DNA of 64,000 nucleotides from Marsupella aquatica (lineage: Eukaryota; Plantae; Marchantiophyta): contig OZ316893.1 of NCBI GenBank assembly GCA_973895155.1, forward strand, positions 14,848,645 through 14,912,644, written 5' to 3'. The number at the start of each line of letters is the position of its first letter. Positions within the stretch are counted from its first letter, which is position 1. The notes below the pieces were generated by a model. That model saw only the letters and a list, made by a program, of their open reading frames with translations. It made no database searches and was not told the origin of the DNA. A program made the translations under genes and the position numbers. This document shows, piece after piece, positions 35,985-47,726 of this stretch.

Positions 35985-37412
35985 GAGCATCTCCACCGGT
36001 TTGGCGGAACCTTACCGCTATAGGGAAGAATTTGGCAGGCAATTTGTGGGCCGGAAGGATTTAGGGGTTACGTTCATTTAAGGCAATCCCCACCTGCACC
36101 CCCTAAAAACAGGCTGCCATTTCATAATCAACTTTCAGTTTTTAAGTACTTTGTCACTAAAGATATTCTAATTGACAATATTGCCATAGTTTTTTTGTAT
36201 TTATAAAAATGTCACAGTTTCATATATGGATGACAAGTTCCCCAAGGTAACCAGGGGAGCTATATACGGAAACTATGACATTTTTGTAAATACAACAAAA
36301 ACCGTGGCGATATTATAAATTCAAACATCTTTAGTGGCAATGTACTTAAAAGGTGAATCAACTTTTGTACCAAGTAAAACACAATCACCAGGAAACATTG
36401 GGATTGCGTTTTGAAGGGATCACGTTCCTCTCTCAAAGTCACACTGATTCTTGATGCGATTGATTTTGGTCCTACTCGTGTGTGTTGTGCTCTTGTTCAT
36501 TCCCATAGCTGCCACAAAAACATGGAGGGACAATTTGTTCAAGATGATAGAGGAAGACGAAGAAGTGTGGGAAGAGGAGCACAATTTATGGGGGCAGATT
36601 TTGTTCAGTGGACAATTGTCAATCCAATCCATTGTACAAGGAACATCAAGAAAGAGAAAGCATGGAGGGTCCAGGCCAGGCAAAGCTCCAAATGTGGACA
36701 AGAGGAGGGGCAAAGGTACAGAGGATCTATGGAATGTAGTAGCAATAATCAGAGCAAAATTCTTTTTCTTAGGATGATTCTCCTTGTACAACTCCTTGAC
36801 AAATTTGAAGGTGTCTTTAGCATTCATTCCTAAAATGAGTCTGCTATAAACTTGCTAGTATGCTCTTATTAAGGTTTGGACATTGTACTTGATGTCAGAC
36901 CACTTGCCTTCAAGTGATTTCTTCCCCCTAGTCTCAAATTCCCAAGCCTTGTTCTTATGGTAATGCTTCGCTACACGATCCCAAAATTTCTCAGCTCTCT
37001 GGCCAATTTCAATGACAGAATCTTGTGAAACACTAAGCATGTTGTAGCACAGCTGCTTGGCTTCAACTCACTTTCCATATGATTTTTCCCTCAAGTTCTT
37101 GCCATGATTCTTTGCTGATCAAGATGGGCACGAGGATTTGCTGGCTCACATGACAATTGGCAGTCGACCGTGTAGGATGGCGGCGCATGCAACACTATTT
37201 GTCATATTTGTCTGGTGCTCCAAATGGAGGTTTCAGACCCAACCACTGACGTGACCAAATGTAGCAGTTGGGGTGGACAATTTGAGGGGAGCCTGCAACC
37301 TGAATAGAGGTTGTTGGGTGGCGGTGGGGGGCCTCGCCTGCAAAAGAACTCGCTATTTGCAATGAATTGGAGGTGGTTACGAGGCTGTTTGTGGGTCCTG
37401 GTGGAGATGCTC
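35985..37412. mobile_element. PIF/Harbinger non-autonomous deletion derivative (1428 bp)
   Basis: TAA|GAGCATCTCCACC ... GGTGGAGATGCTC|TAA. Carries decayed N-termini of the transposase (+, ~36520-36735: RKHGGSRPGKAPNVDKRRGKGTEDLWN) and of the Myb/SANT-like ORF (-, ~37105-36740: QLCYNMLSVSQDSVIEIGQRAEKFWDRVAKHY...KSLEGKWSDIK). An empty-site paralog lies at ~35540-35620. Confidence 0.92.
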
Positions 37413-39732
37413 TAAAACTCCTTCCAAAAGGTCCTTTTGGGGGTAGGAACTTGCAAAATTTTCACCTTCTCAAACATGTATGGTTTGGAATTGGAACTTT
37501 GGATATATGAAAAATATTATACATTGCTAATCAGACGAGCACAAAATGTTTAGAATGTCATGACACCCCATAACCTTATAGTGCCATGGTATGGAACGGT
37601 AAGAGGTTGTAGACATGATAACCAAGGGCAGCCAACTCCTTTTAGTGAAATGAGAAGGGAGGCCACTTCATGGACAGCATATCTGAGGCACCCAAAGAGA
37701 ACCTTCTATTACTTGTTGAATGCATCTTTACATGTCATTTTTGGAATATAAGTGTAAAGCATTATGTGTGAGTAGATTTCAATGTTTCATTTGTGTCCAC
37801 CACGGTTTTGTGTGTTCATTGGAGCATCACATCTCACATTTGTGTCCATCAAGGCATCACATCAAACATTTGTGCCCATCGAAGCTTCAAAATGATTTCA
37901 CTTTTTCATAAAAGTAAAGTCATCTGGAACTGCAGAAATTTGGGCTTTCTAGTATGCTGAAGAATTATTTGATCTTTAAGCTGACGGTTGAGGAAGGGTG
38001 GCACTCATTTCGGGAACTCAGATTGGAATGGCAGATATTTGAGGGTTGACCATATATGTAAAACATGCAGATTCTACACCAAGATAGCCTTTGCAAAGAA
38101 CTTTTACGCATGCAAATCAAATTTACGCATGTCTCTCATGAGGAGAAAAGCAACTGAACAAAAACTATTGCAAAAAGATATTATAAACCACTAGTCCTCT
38201 CACTAAAATTAAATAGTGGACCCCTACAAATGTATACTTTATTGCCTGCATGAGAACTGGTATATCTTCTCATATTTTTCCTTTTTTAAAATAAATTTAA
38301 GATTCATTATTCACTTATTGCACAAGTTAGGATGGCACTACCGTAGTAACTCTTGATGGCAATGATTTTTTAATTGTCTAAGTACTGTCAATATTGAGAC
38401 CAAAATCTTCCCTTCTCCAGTTATTGGACAAAATGATGCAAAGAAAAACAAGGGGAAGAGATATCAAGCAAAAGCTGCCAAAATCTGCCGTTACCTACAG
38501 TTGGATTGCCAGATGTTTCAAGATCTGATGGTTGCCCTCAAGATCAAGAAAGATCTAAGGCTGTCCAGAAATTTAATAATATTTATAAGTAAATATTAGG
38601 TCGTTCCCTTAAAGGCATTTGCCAGTTCAGCAACCCACACAAATTATTCAAAAGAAATCACTTACTATTAATGAAGATTTGGAGGAGGCCTTTGGAGAGT
38701 TGAGAAGGTGGGACAATGATTTGACAATACCAACAAGGTGCCCAAAAGAGTAGCATAGACGTCCCCTCGAAACCTTATAATACTGTGACACATGAAAACT
38801 GAATGAATGGTTCTCGTCTTTGTATTTTCTACTACTTGTCCCCTAGCTGGACTGTTTTTGCAATTCCTGCTAACAAAACAGTACAATTATAGTGCCTCAC
38901 TACTAGACTTCAATGCATATGGTCAATGAACATACCAAATTTAATACTTAGTGGCTAACCCTAAACTAAAGCTCAACAAAAGCTCAACTAAATGGAGCCA
39001 ATTTCTGTTTTCTTTCAATCTGTCTTCGACCCCAATCCTAACCCACTTGTTTCTTTTTCCTTTCCTTTCAATCTCTTTCATGAGATTAGTTTGATGAGGG
39101 TCATCAGAAGGTTTTGGGACAATCATCCATTTTTCTTTGAACTTGTCTAGAATTAGATCCTCAAGCTAGGTAGCAACTTACAAAATCTTAGCCCAAACAG
39201 GTTTGGAACAACACAATTATGGCTAAAAGGCACTTTTGATGCATCTAAGGATGACATACTTTAGTAACATAGAAACAACATCATAAACACTTAAAAAAAA
39301 ATAACTAACTTATTGAAACCCTAAACTTATTTTAAATAAAAAAACTAACTTACAATTCAGTCATTCTCAGCTAGTGCACGTTGTCACTGTTATAAACATC
39401 TGATCTCATCCTTTGATTTAAGTAATTTTATAACATGCAAATTTTCTGGTGACAGTTATGCACTGTTGTTCATCGTCCTTTTGTCAGCCAATGGTCAATT
39501 GAATGCATCAATCAGATCTAGAGTCTAGAGTGAGTCCTTGTTACTTTTTAAGTAAACATATTAAATATAAAGAAAATATTTACTCAATAAATAAATTAGT
39601 TACAATTATTCACTTTTTTTGCTTCTACCCTTTGTTATTTGGCATGTACATTTTCAATTTCTAAAAGTTTTTATCATTCTCGGGTCCAACTATTTTGCTG
39701 GATTGCAATAAACAAGAATGGTGGTGTTTGTT

Positions 39733-39780
39733 TGTTTGCCACAAATATTGTCATACCTATGACAATATTTGTGGCAAACA
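39733..39780. repeat. Perfect 48-bp palindrome (23-bp arms, CC spacer)
   Basis: tgtttgccacaaatattgtcata-cc-tatgacaatatttgtggcaaaca. Confidence 0.95.
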
Positions 39781-39866
39781 TGGTTCACTTGGCGCAACTA
39801 TAGGCCAGAAACTTTGGAAAGAACTTATCATGAGGATCACTAATTAAAGAAGATATATGACTTACA

Positions 39867-39935
39867 CTAGCCCCACGCTAGTGCGCTGCACAAAATATTT
39901 TGAGGTGAGGGCAAGATGTCAAGGAGAGGAGTGGT
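39867..39935 (-). mobile_element. Helitron 3'-end fragment of the same family as 1125-2155
   Basis: The reverse complement ...ctccttgacatcttgccctcacctcaaaatattttgtgcagcgcactagcgtggggCTAG|T mirrors the minisatellite and terminus at 2100-2156. Confidence 0.6.
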
Positions 39936-40199
39936 GGACCTAGTCACCCAATGCCCTCACCAATCCCAGTACTCGCATTTAAGTGCCCTTGGTGCCCGAA
40001 CACCTACACAGAGCTCCTTGAGCAAGCAACTTGGTACCTCAACACCTTCGGCTACAATTCCCATATAAAATTGCACTTGCTCTCTAACTCGACTGTCGTT
40101 CAACAGTTCTCATTGTCTGCACAAGCAACCAAACACCTGGGTAAATCACCCCACAAGATTTAGGAACTCAAAGACTAATATCTTGACTCAAACTCAACA

Positions 40200-40297
40200 A
40201 ATGACGCCATTGCTGGAGAGTTGATTTGGTAAAACCCGACCTCCACTCAGTGGTTTAGCGTTTACAGGGCTATTTGGGGGCTCCGCTGGAGATGCTC
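40200..40297. mobile_element. Orphan right end of a PIF/Harbinger element
   Basis: ...GCTGGAGATGCTC|TTA, with subterminal sequence similar to 37350-37412. No matching left TIR was seen. Confidence 0.65.
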
Positions 40298-40807
40298 TTA
40301 CTTTGTTTAACTTGCCATTCTTTTAAGAACAGTGATATATTTGTATGAATAGTCTCACTTTTGTCTCTTTGTTGAAATTGTCATTTTTTAAACAAAATCG
40401 TGATATGTTTGTAAATATAAAAAAACCTATAGGACTACTATTAATTTGAACATATTTAATGGCAAAGTAATGAAAAAGTTGTTTACTTTTTATTCCCCTA
40501 AACCCTTGTCTACGTGAGAGATGGCTCACCTTGTGGGGTTTTAGATCCCAGTCCAAGGGACAGCAAGACAAAGGGTGGATTTTGCCGTTCCTTCCCATCA
40601 CGCGAAGAAAGCAAAAGCAAGGCAAGGCAAAGCGAAGCGAATCGACGGAGAGTGGGGTGCAGTGAAGAAGCGTGGATTGTCACCCGCATTCTGGATCGAT
40701 TGCAGCGATGCGAAGCAAAAGCAAAGAGAAGGGCAGCGGACTGAATCAGTGAAGAATTGGGGAGTGGAGTCGGACAGATTGGATCAAGCTGACCGACGGA
40801 GAGAACG

Positions 40808-43800
40808 ATGGCGCTGGTGGTGATTTGCGGGCAGCCTTGCAGTGGAAAATCCACGGCAGCTGCGGCTCTCGTCGCCGCTTTCGGGAAGAGCGGCAACAAG
40901 ACACTGAGGGTGTCGCTCATCGACGAGCCTTCTCTCGGGCTCAACCGGAACGATTCATTTCGCGGTATGTTTGATTGTGCTGAGTTTAGGGTTTCTTGCC
41001 TGCTTTTCGAGTTTGTATCGTTTGCGACATTGAATTGGTGGATCGAGCTCAGGGACTAGTCAATTCATTGCTGATGAAGCTTGAATGCGTTTCCAAGATT
41101 TTTTCTTTAGATGTATAAAAAACTCGGGCCTTCTGCAGAGTAGGAGAGGTTTAGGGCATCTTACACTCTTTTCAAAACTTAACTCAAGATGGTCTCCTTG
41201 GCATTGGAAAGTTTTCACCGCTGAAGTCTACCGAATAGACCAGGTGTGCGTGATCGTTGCAACAGCAGCAGTTCTTGAGTTTAATTCCCGAGTTAGCATT
41301 TTGTTAGAGTGGGACACCTCCCTGCCCCGTTTTTTGAGGTTGGCAGGTCATTCTTCCTTTTTCCTTGGTTTTGTTCATCAGTTTCTAATATTTACCAATT
41401 GTTCTGATTCATTTAGATATGCCGAGCGAGAAAAATCTCCGAGGACTTCTCCGGTCTGCTGTGGATCGTGCAGTCTCTAAGGACACGGTTGTTGTGATCG
41501 ACTCTTTGAATCATATCAAGGTACTTAGCAAACCTCGAGAATGTGGAAAGGACAGTTTAACCTTCCGTGTCGATTCCCTGGGTGAGTTTTAAAGACTTTG
41601 GCGCGCATTATGTTTCTCAATTGATCAGATCAGCAGGCTGAAGCAGCAAGCTGAACTATTGGGTGCTTCATTGTGATATGCAGGGTTACAGATACGAATT
41701 ATGGTGCTTGGCACGAGCTGAGGGCATAAGATACTGTGTGGTAAATAACGCATTTCCCTGCATCTATCTGGTACCTAGGTTTTTGGAGTTATAGAATTGT
41801 TTCCCCGTCGTTGTGCAATATGTTAAGCAGCTTTGAGAGGGCACCAATGTGAGTCTTTTCAGCTTGCTTGTGATGTAGGGGAGGAGGATTGTAGAGCATG
41901 GAACCAAACAAGGCAGCAGAATGGATTTCCTTCTTATGAAGACAAAATGTACAGACATCAATTTACTCAAGCTGAGTTTGCTGGGAGGAATTAGCTAGAG
42001 GTATATATAGATTACAGCAATTATCAGAGTGAATATATTATCTTAGCTGGCGATTACCTACGTTGTAGGTTTCATCTTCTCGTTCCTTGTTTAGGGGACA
42101 TTTTTTGAGTTTGGGCATAATTTGCTGAGGAATTTCTGAGGGATTTTGTGTTCTTGCTTGAGTTTAGTAAATATTTTCAACCAACCTACCTTCAGAAAAG
42201 TTTTGGATTTAGGTTGTCAAAGTGAAGTTATTGTTGTTAGAAAGGACTTAAGAGCCTTTCAGTTTATAAGTGAGTTTCTTTCTGTTATGTTTTCTCTGCA
42301 ATATACAAAAGTTTGTTGTCACTGACGTAAATTATGTGCTTTAACGTTGCTGCCAGATTTGATGATCTTGTGAGGCGGTTTGAAAGACCGGACGGAAAAA
42401 ACCGTTGGGATTCTCCTCTCTTCGAGCTTAAGCCAGCTATAGGTACAACCCTCCTTGACACTAAGTGAGCCTTTTTAAGCATTGTTTATCATCTACAGTC
42501 CTGTCTAAGCTCTTCGCTTGATGTCTGTCAGCTCTTGAAATGAGAGGAATATTCATCCGGGTGATTTGCCCTCATCCCGGTCAATCCTTTTGTCACATTG
42601 AATTGACTTTTTATTTATCCAACACTTTTCTAGACCTCAGCCATCTGAATAATATGAGCAAGCATCGTAAGTTTTGTCTGGAAGCTGAGTGAGAATGCTC
42701 TATCGCAACATGTGGTGACATTAGCTGTGAATGGATGGCTAGTACAGAAGAAATCCAGGAATCATCCGAGGCAATTGTTGAAGCTGTAGCCTTCCTTAGC
42801 GGTGAGCGAGATTTCCGAAACTCGCGAGTATTGCAACCAACAATTGCTACCAAAAATGTAAGGGAGAAGTGTTTACATGGCATAAACGTTTTGTTCATTT
42901 GCATCCGTGATTTTCATTTGTTGAAGGTATCTTTAGTGTCCAGTGGAAAAATACCGCAGGAGGGAATTCTCAACGTGAAACTGGAAAATTGCCCAGCTTA
43001 CTAGCTACAGAACCCAGGGCATAACAATTCAATTCAATTTCATCCTCCCCGCCCCATCTCCACGTTCCCGCAACCCCTTGGGCCCCGGGTCTGCTTCTCT
43101 TGCGCGCCCCACCCCGCCGAGCCCCCATCGGAAAAAGATTATGGAACTTACTGAAGGAACGAAATGTAGAATAGTAGACGTACGTCTTCAGGTGATTAGA
43201 GCCAAGTGTGTGCGTTTCCTACAAACTTCTAAGAATAGTACACATTGCTTGCAGATACGGCCTTCCGATACCAATGTATTGTATGAACTCGACCGTGCCA
43301 CCCAAGTAAGTTCCATGCCTGAGTTCAAGAGAGTTTTATCTTGCTTTTTGTGCTGTATGTTGCTTGTTTTTCACACCTTCCATTCGTTCCTCTTTTGACA
43401 AAATACTGTTTGAAAATTTTAATTGGCGGGTGCTGCAGGAGGTTGTAACTGTAGTTGTTGAAGCCCAGACGAACGGTGCTGGGGCTGTCGTTCGAATTAT
43501 TCCCCTTGGGAGTGGGATTCCTGATATATCCTTTGATGCCGATTCTATGTTGTGTTGTGAATGTTTACCATGCCTTGGGTGCCGTGCTTGAAATTTAATT
43601 TGATTTTGCATTTCTTGGAGTCCAGTGTCTTACCCTTGCCTTGTCTGTGTGGCACTTCTATTGTTATGTTATTACTCTTCTATTGTTATGTTATTACACC
43701 TCTATTGTTATGTTATTACACTTCTATTGTTGTCTTGGACTGCCACTTCGGCTTTCACAAGGAGATGGCCGATTTCTTGACCGTATAATACATAAGCATG

Positions 43801-43959
43801 CACAGGAGTGTTGGCCTACCAGAGCTGCGTCGACTGCGGCGTACTTTCATCAAGCTTGCAGGACAAACAAGTTTGTCTGGCCCACCTCCCCCATCAGATA
43901 CCCAAAGTGTCAAAAGGATGTTCGCGGACTACTTGAACAGAGAATTAGCACTGAACTGA
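40808..43959 (+). CDS. KTI12: KTI12/DRL1 (Elongator-associated P-loop ATPase)
   Basis: 9 exons: 40808-40964, 41417-41520, 41684-41740, 41863-41948, 42357-42442, 42748-42857, 43255-43305, 43439-43525, 43792-43959, totalling 906 nt (301 aa). Motifs: MALVVICGQPCSGKS, DSLNHIKGYRYELWCLAR, RFERPDGKNRWDSPLF, LYELDRATQEVV, GLPELRRLRRTFIKL. The last intron is AT-AC. Confidence 0.95.
43526..43791 (+). other. U12-type AT-AC intron (intron 8 of KTI12)
   Basis: 5' splice site ATATCCTTT, branch site TTTCTTGAC (43773-43781), 3' end AC. Removal restores the reading frame GIPD|ISMHRSVGLPELRR. Confidence 0.92.
43653..43731. repeat. 22-bp tandem repeat (~3.6 copies) inside the U12 intron
   Basis: cacttctattgttatgttatta units start at 43653, 43675, 43697 and 43719. 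Confidence 0.9.
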
Positions 43960-44626
43960 CTACCAAGACACCAATGCAGTAGTGCCATTAATATTTCATG
44001 CTAGATCCTAGTAATTGTGTAGTTCACAAGACACTGTCTGCACAATCGTCTCAATCACGGTAAGCTTGAACTTGCTCCGAAAATTAGCATCCTGAGTTTA
44101 GTTCGATTCGCGCAGCAGAACATAGGAATGGCCCAACCCTCGAGCTAGGTGCATATTATTGTCACCGGGTTGGCTAGATAGGATGTGCGCTCTGTAATTA
44201 GTGGTGATGAGACTTTGGATTTGATTCACCAAAGGTGTGAACTTGTCTACCCTTTGTATATGCGTACCTCCTAGGATGAGTACACCTTGGTGTGATATTC
44301 GGATTTTCCTTCCCAAACGAAGTTTTCTTGTTGTTCAGACGCATATGGAAACATCACTTTAAATAGATTGGGTTTCTTGTTGCGCTGAGCGTGATTTAGA
44401 GCCTGGAGCTGCCGTCTTGTGGTATTTGATTACCAGATTCTGCTGTATTGTTTTCGGATGCCAATTTCAGACTCACTAGCAGAAGATTTAAGTTCACAAT
44501 TTGCTTTTTGATGTTCCTGATTTTCTCAGTAAGCACCAACCCTCGGCCCTTCGGGATTGTTGAGAAGAGGGGTAATTTCAAGGTTTCCCAAAGCCGATAT
44601 CTGGCAGTAACAATGACCTAGGCGCC

Positions 44627-44820
44627 TGGGCGAACCAAAATATCTTGAATATTTTCGAAAGATGTCCTCAACATTAAGAACCCATGATAGACTCTTCACA
44701 AATCGCTCAATTCCACTGGGCGAACCAGATATCATAAATTTCGACCGAGCCTAAATTTTCCAAGGATGTGCTCAACATTAAAACCCATGATGGACTCTTC
44801 ACAAACTCGCTCAACTCCAC
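44627..44820. repeat. Tandem duplication (~90 and ~104 bp) between the convergent KTI12 and AT2G44870-like genes
   Basis: tgggcgaacca...ctcaacattaa..acccatgat.gactcttcacaaa.tcgctcaa.tccac occurs twice. Confidence 0.85.
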
Positions 44821-45097
44821 GAAACTCGCCGTAATAGCTAAATATGAGCAAGAGAATACTCTGAGTAACTACATACCCAACTCAACGACCGGATGCAAAA
44901 GCAGATTTGCAACATGCCTCTGATATTCAATCATGAAAACAACATCTTCATACCAGATTAAGAGCTCCATCGATGAAGCCGTAAGCGAAAAAAGTCCCGC
45001 CCCTCCACTTCGATATAACCATAGAAAGGCCAGAATTAATTCAAATAATCTCTATAAACCCTGTTTCCAGAAACGTTTCTTCGGTACAAGTTCTCTC

Positions 45098-45158
45098 GCC
45101 TTAGGGGAACGCGTCAATGCCCCTGACTGCCTTAGGGGAATGCGTCAATGCCCCTGGC
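45098..45158. repeat. 2 x 31 bp tandem repeat
   Basis: gccttaggggaa(c/t)gcgtcaatgcccctg occurs twice. Confidence 0.85.
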
Positions 45159-45306
45159 TACAAGAGATGAGAAAAACTCAACTAGCATATGGTAAAACAA
45201 TTTTTGCAAGCGTATCAATACACAAGAATATACAAAGGCCTGCGCCAAGATCTTCTTCCTACATCTTACAAGCGATGAGTACTATGAAACAAAATCTTCA
45301 CTGGAA

Positions 45307-47726
45307 TTACTTGGGATCAATATCTATATCAATGATCCTAGGATCCGATGAGTCTTTAGAGAAGTCTTTTCTAGGCTGCCAAACAACTCCTTTGCACCGA
45401 CTGCAAGTTACTGATTGGTTACGGCCGCCTACATACCGCTGTCCACAATTAGGGCAGCTTCCCTGAGCAACAGCCACCAAGAGAAACCATTTCAAACCTC
45501 CACTCCTGGGAGTAAATATAATCATAGATACTTAACATGTTCCACTTCCAAATTTGCCTGGTATTTTCTGCAATATGCAATCAATTATGAACGATCTGTA
45601 GCAATATCACTAAGAGAGCCATTTCGAAACAAAAAGACCGACTCGGAATATACCGAGCCTCGTTGCAAAACGCACCGTACCCATTATTTTTTAACCCTAC
45701 AAGGAATTCATCTCGACCGGACAGGATCCTTAAGCCCTTATCCGCATGGTGAGGGAACAGCGAGGTCATTTCATAGCAACTCCAGAAGCAATAAATTATT
45801 GGAGGGCGCGAGGGAGATTTAACTGTGCGTTCTCCAACGACAGTAAGATATATTTAAGTGGTCCTTCTGTTTGGCAACCTTGATATCTTTTTTATCATCT
45901 TTTTTAAACTTGAAGGTTACATTTACTATTCTAGCATTCTTCCGTGTCGTCAGCCATTCCTGCATCAATGATACGAAGGCAATCGCTAACTCACCTCAAC
46001 AACCGCAGCCTTTGAAAGCGTATTGAGCAATAGAGGAGCTGCCAAAGGAAGAATCCACATTGAGAGAAGTAAGATCCGGAAGAGCCAGCCCGAAAAAACG
46101 AGCCATACCATAAACAACGTCTGCAAACATCATAGTACTCATCAGTCACCGCCTCATTCCTTTCCCCGTTCAACCAACGAGCGTAGTAGAGATGCAACTC
46201 CAAAGCTAAGGATTTACTATAACTCTGCGGAAGTTATCTATTACTAGCTTCCATGGAGGAACGAGACACAATCAAGCTTCTCAGATAGGACTTGAAAGTC
46301 TCAGAAATTTCTTTGCCGTGGCAATCTGATTTTCTCGATGAAGATTAGACTGTCAAACTTAAGAAACTTAACACTTGGTGGGTCTTCCAAGAAAACTTCA
46401 TTGCACCCATCGTCACTTGCGACCGAAAGGATAAGATGCATTATTGACAATTAGTAAACAGAGGCGGCTCAATCCAAACTTCGTTTCCATTGAAATTCGG
46501 TTCTTCTCCTCCCTATCATTGGTGCAGCAAGGACGATGATGGAATTCAGACAAATTCAACATTGTATTCAGCACCCGTTCCAATAACATCCATCACTCAC
46601 CACAAAAGTTTTGCCGATGGGAGTATCCAAAAAGTTACCGAGTTGTCTCCGGTACTGCTCAGGAGCAACAAAGATCCCAGTCAGCGAGGTCTCAACTGTA
46701 ACGGAAGTAGTTTTCGATTACTCAGTAAAGGCACACAAAACTGTCACTGCCCAATTGAACTAGTGAATGAATGGATAGAATTCAGTTCTTCCGGAATCCG
46801 GGGCACAGGGCCATCAGCGACTAAAGTTTGCAACAAAGAAAAATAAATCCATACCGTGGGCCACTTCAACTTAAAATCCGAACTAAAATTCCGAGCTTTC
46901 TGGCGAAAACCAAGCTGGCGATCGGCATTCTGCATCTGCTCTACCGCAAACACTCTTGCTTCCGACACCTTCTCTGATATCCGGTACTCGCGGTCCCATT
47001 TTGCTGCCGTTCTCTTAGCATCATATCTTTTCGAATTTGAAAAAATGCAAAACAAAATGTGAGCTCTCCACATTCGAAGAACTAGGCTATAAATTTCACA
47101 ACTGAAGTCACAGACAGCCGAGGGCACAAACTATATATTCTCATTCGCCTCTCTCTGATTCCGAGAATTTCCGTTTCAAAGTGGCTATTCCTAACAGGGG
47201 AAACCAGTAAGAAATTAAAGACGACGAAAGGGGAGCCCAATATTTACCCAAATTCTTCAAACTTTCGGTTAGCAGTCTTAGCAGCACGACTCGCCTTCCC
47301 TCGTAGGTCAATATGTTCCCCAAATTCTGCCGCCTTCCTCTTGGTATTGTTCAGAAACTCCTCGACCTTACTAGAAAAAGCTCTGGCTGCATCACTGGCC
47401 TTCCTGCGCGCTTCCTCGGCCATCCGCCCGGCCTGGTTTTCGGAATCCCTTCCACGCCAAGTCGCCTCGCACGAGATAGGTCTCCATCTCTGCCCCTGAT
47501 AAGTATACACACCATTCCTATACGCAAGTGCAGCAGCAGCAGGCCTTAATGAAACAGAGAGCGGAGAACGACGCCGCAGACCAACATGTGAGAAGCTGCT
47601 GCTCCCGCTCCCGCCGCTGCTGCTAGCGCAGGGAAGCACAGCTGCTGCTGGTGGATCCGCCCTAACCACAGAAGACGAGGAGAGCACCCCTAAACACGAC
47701 AATGATGCTGCGGAGACAACCGCCAT
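45307..47726 (-). CDS. Conserved plastid membrane protein with C-terminal CxxC...CxxC motif (AT2G44870-like)
   Basis: 5 exons: 47726-47248, 47026-46855, 46654-46601, 46120-45995, 45462-45307. Transit-peptide-like N-terminus; FKLKWPTYRRQLGNFLDTPIGK; hydrophobic WLVFSGWLFRILLLSMWILPLAAPLL; GSCPNCGQRYVG...CSRCKGVVWQP...IIDID. Confidence 0.85.

Noticed and set aside
36420-36827. 135-aa minus-strand ORF as an intact gene
   Set aside because: Only the first ~25 aa belong to the Harbinger Myb-like ORF; the rest is the antisense of the transposase fragment.
44933-45466. 177-aa plus-strand ORF
   Set aside because: It is antisense to the last exon and 3'UTR of the AT2G44870-like gene and has no recognisable domain.
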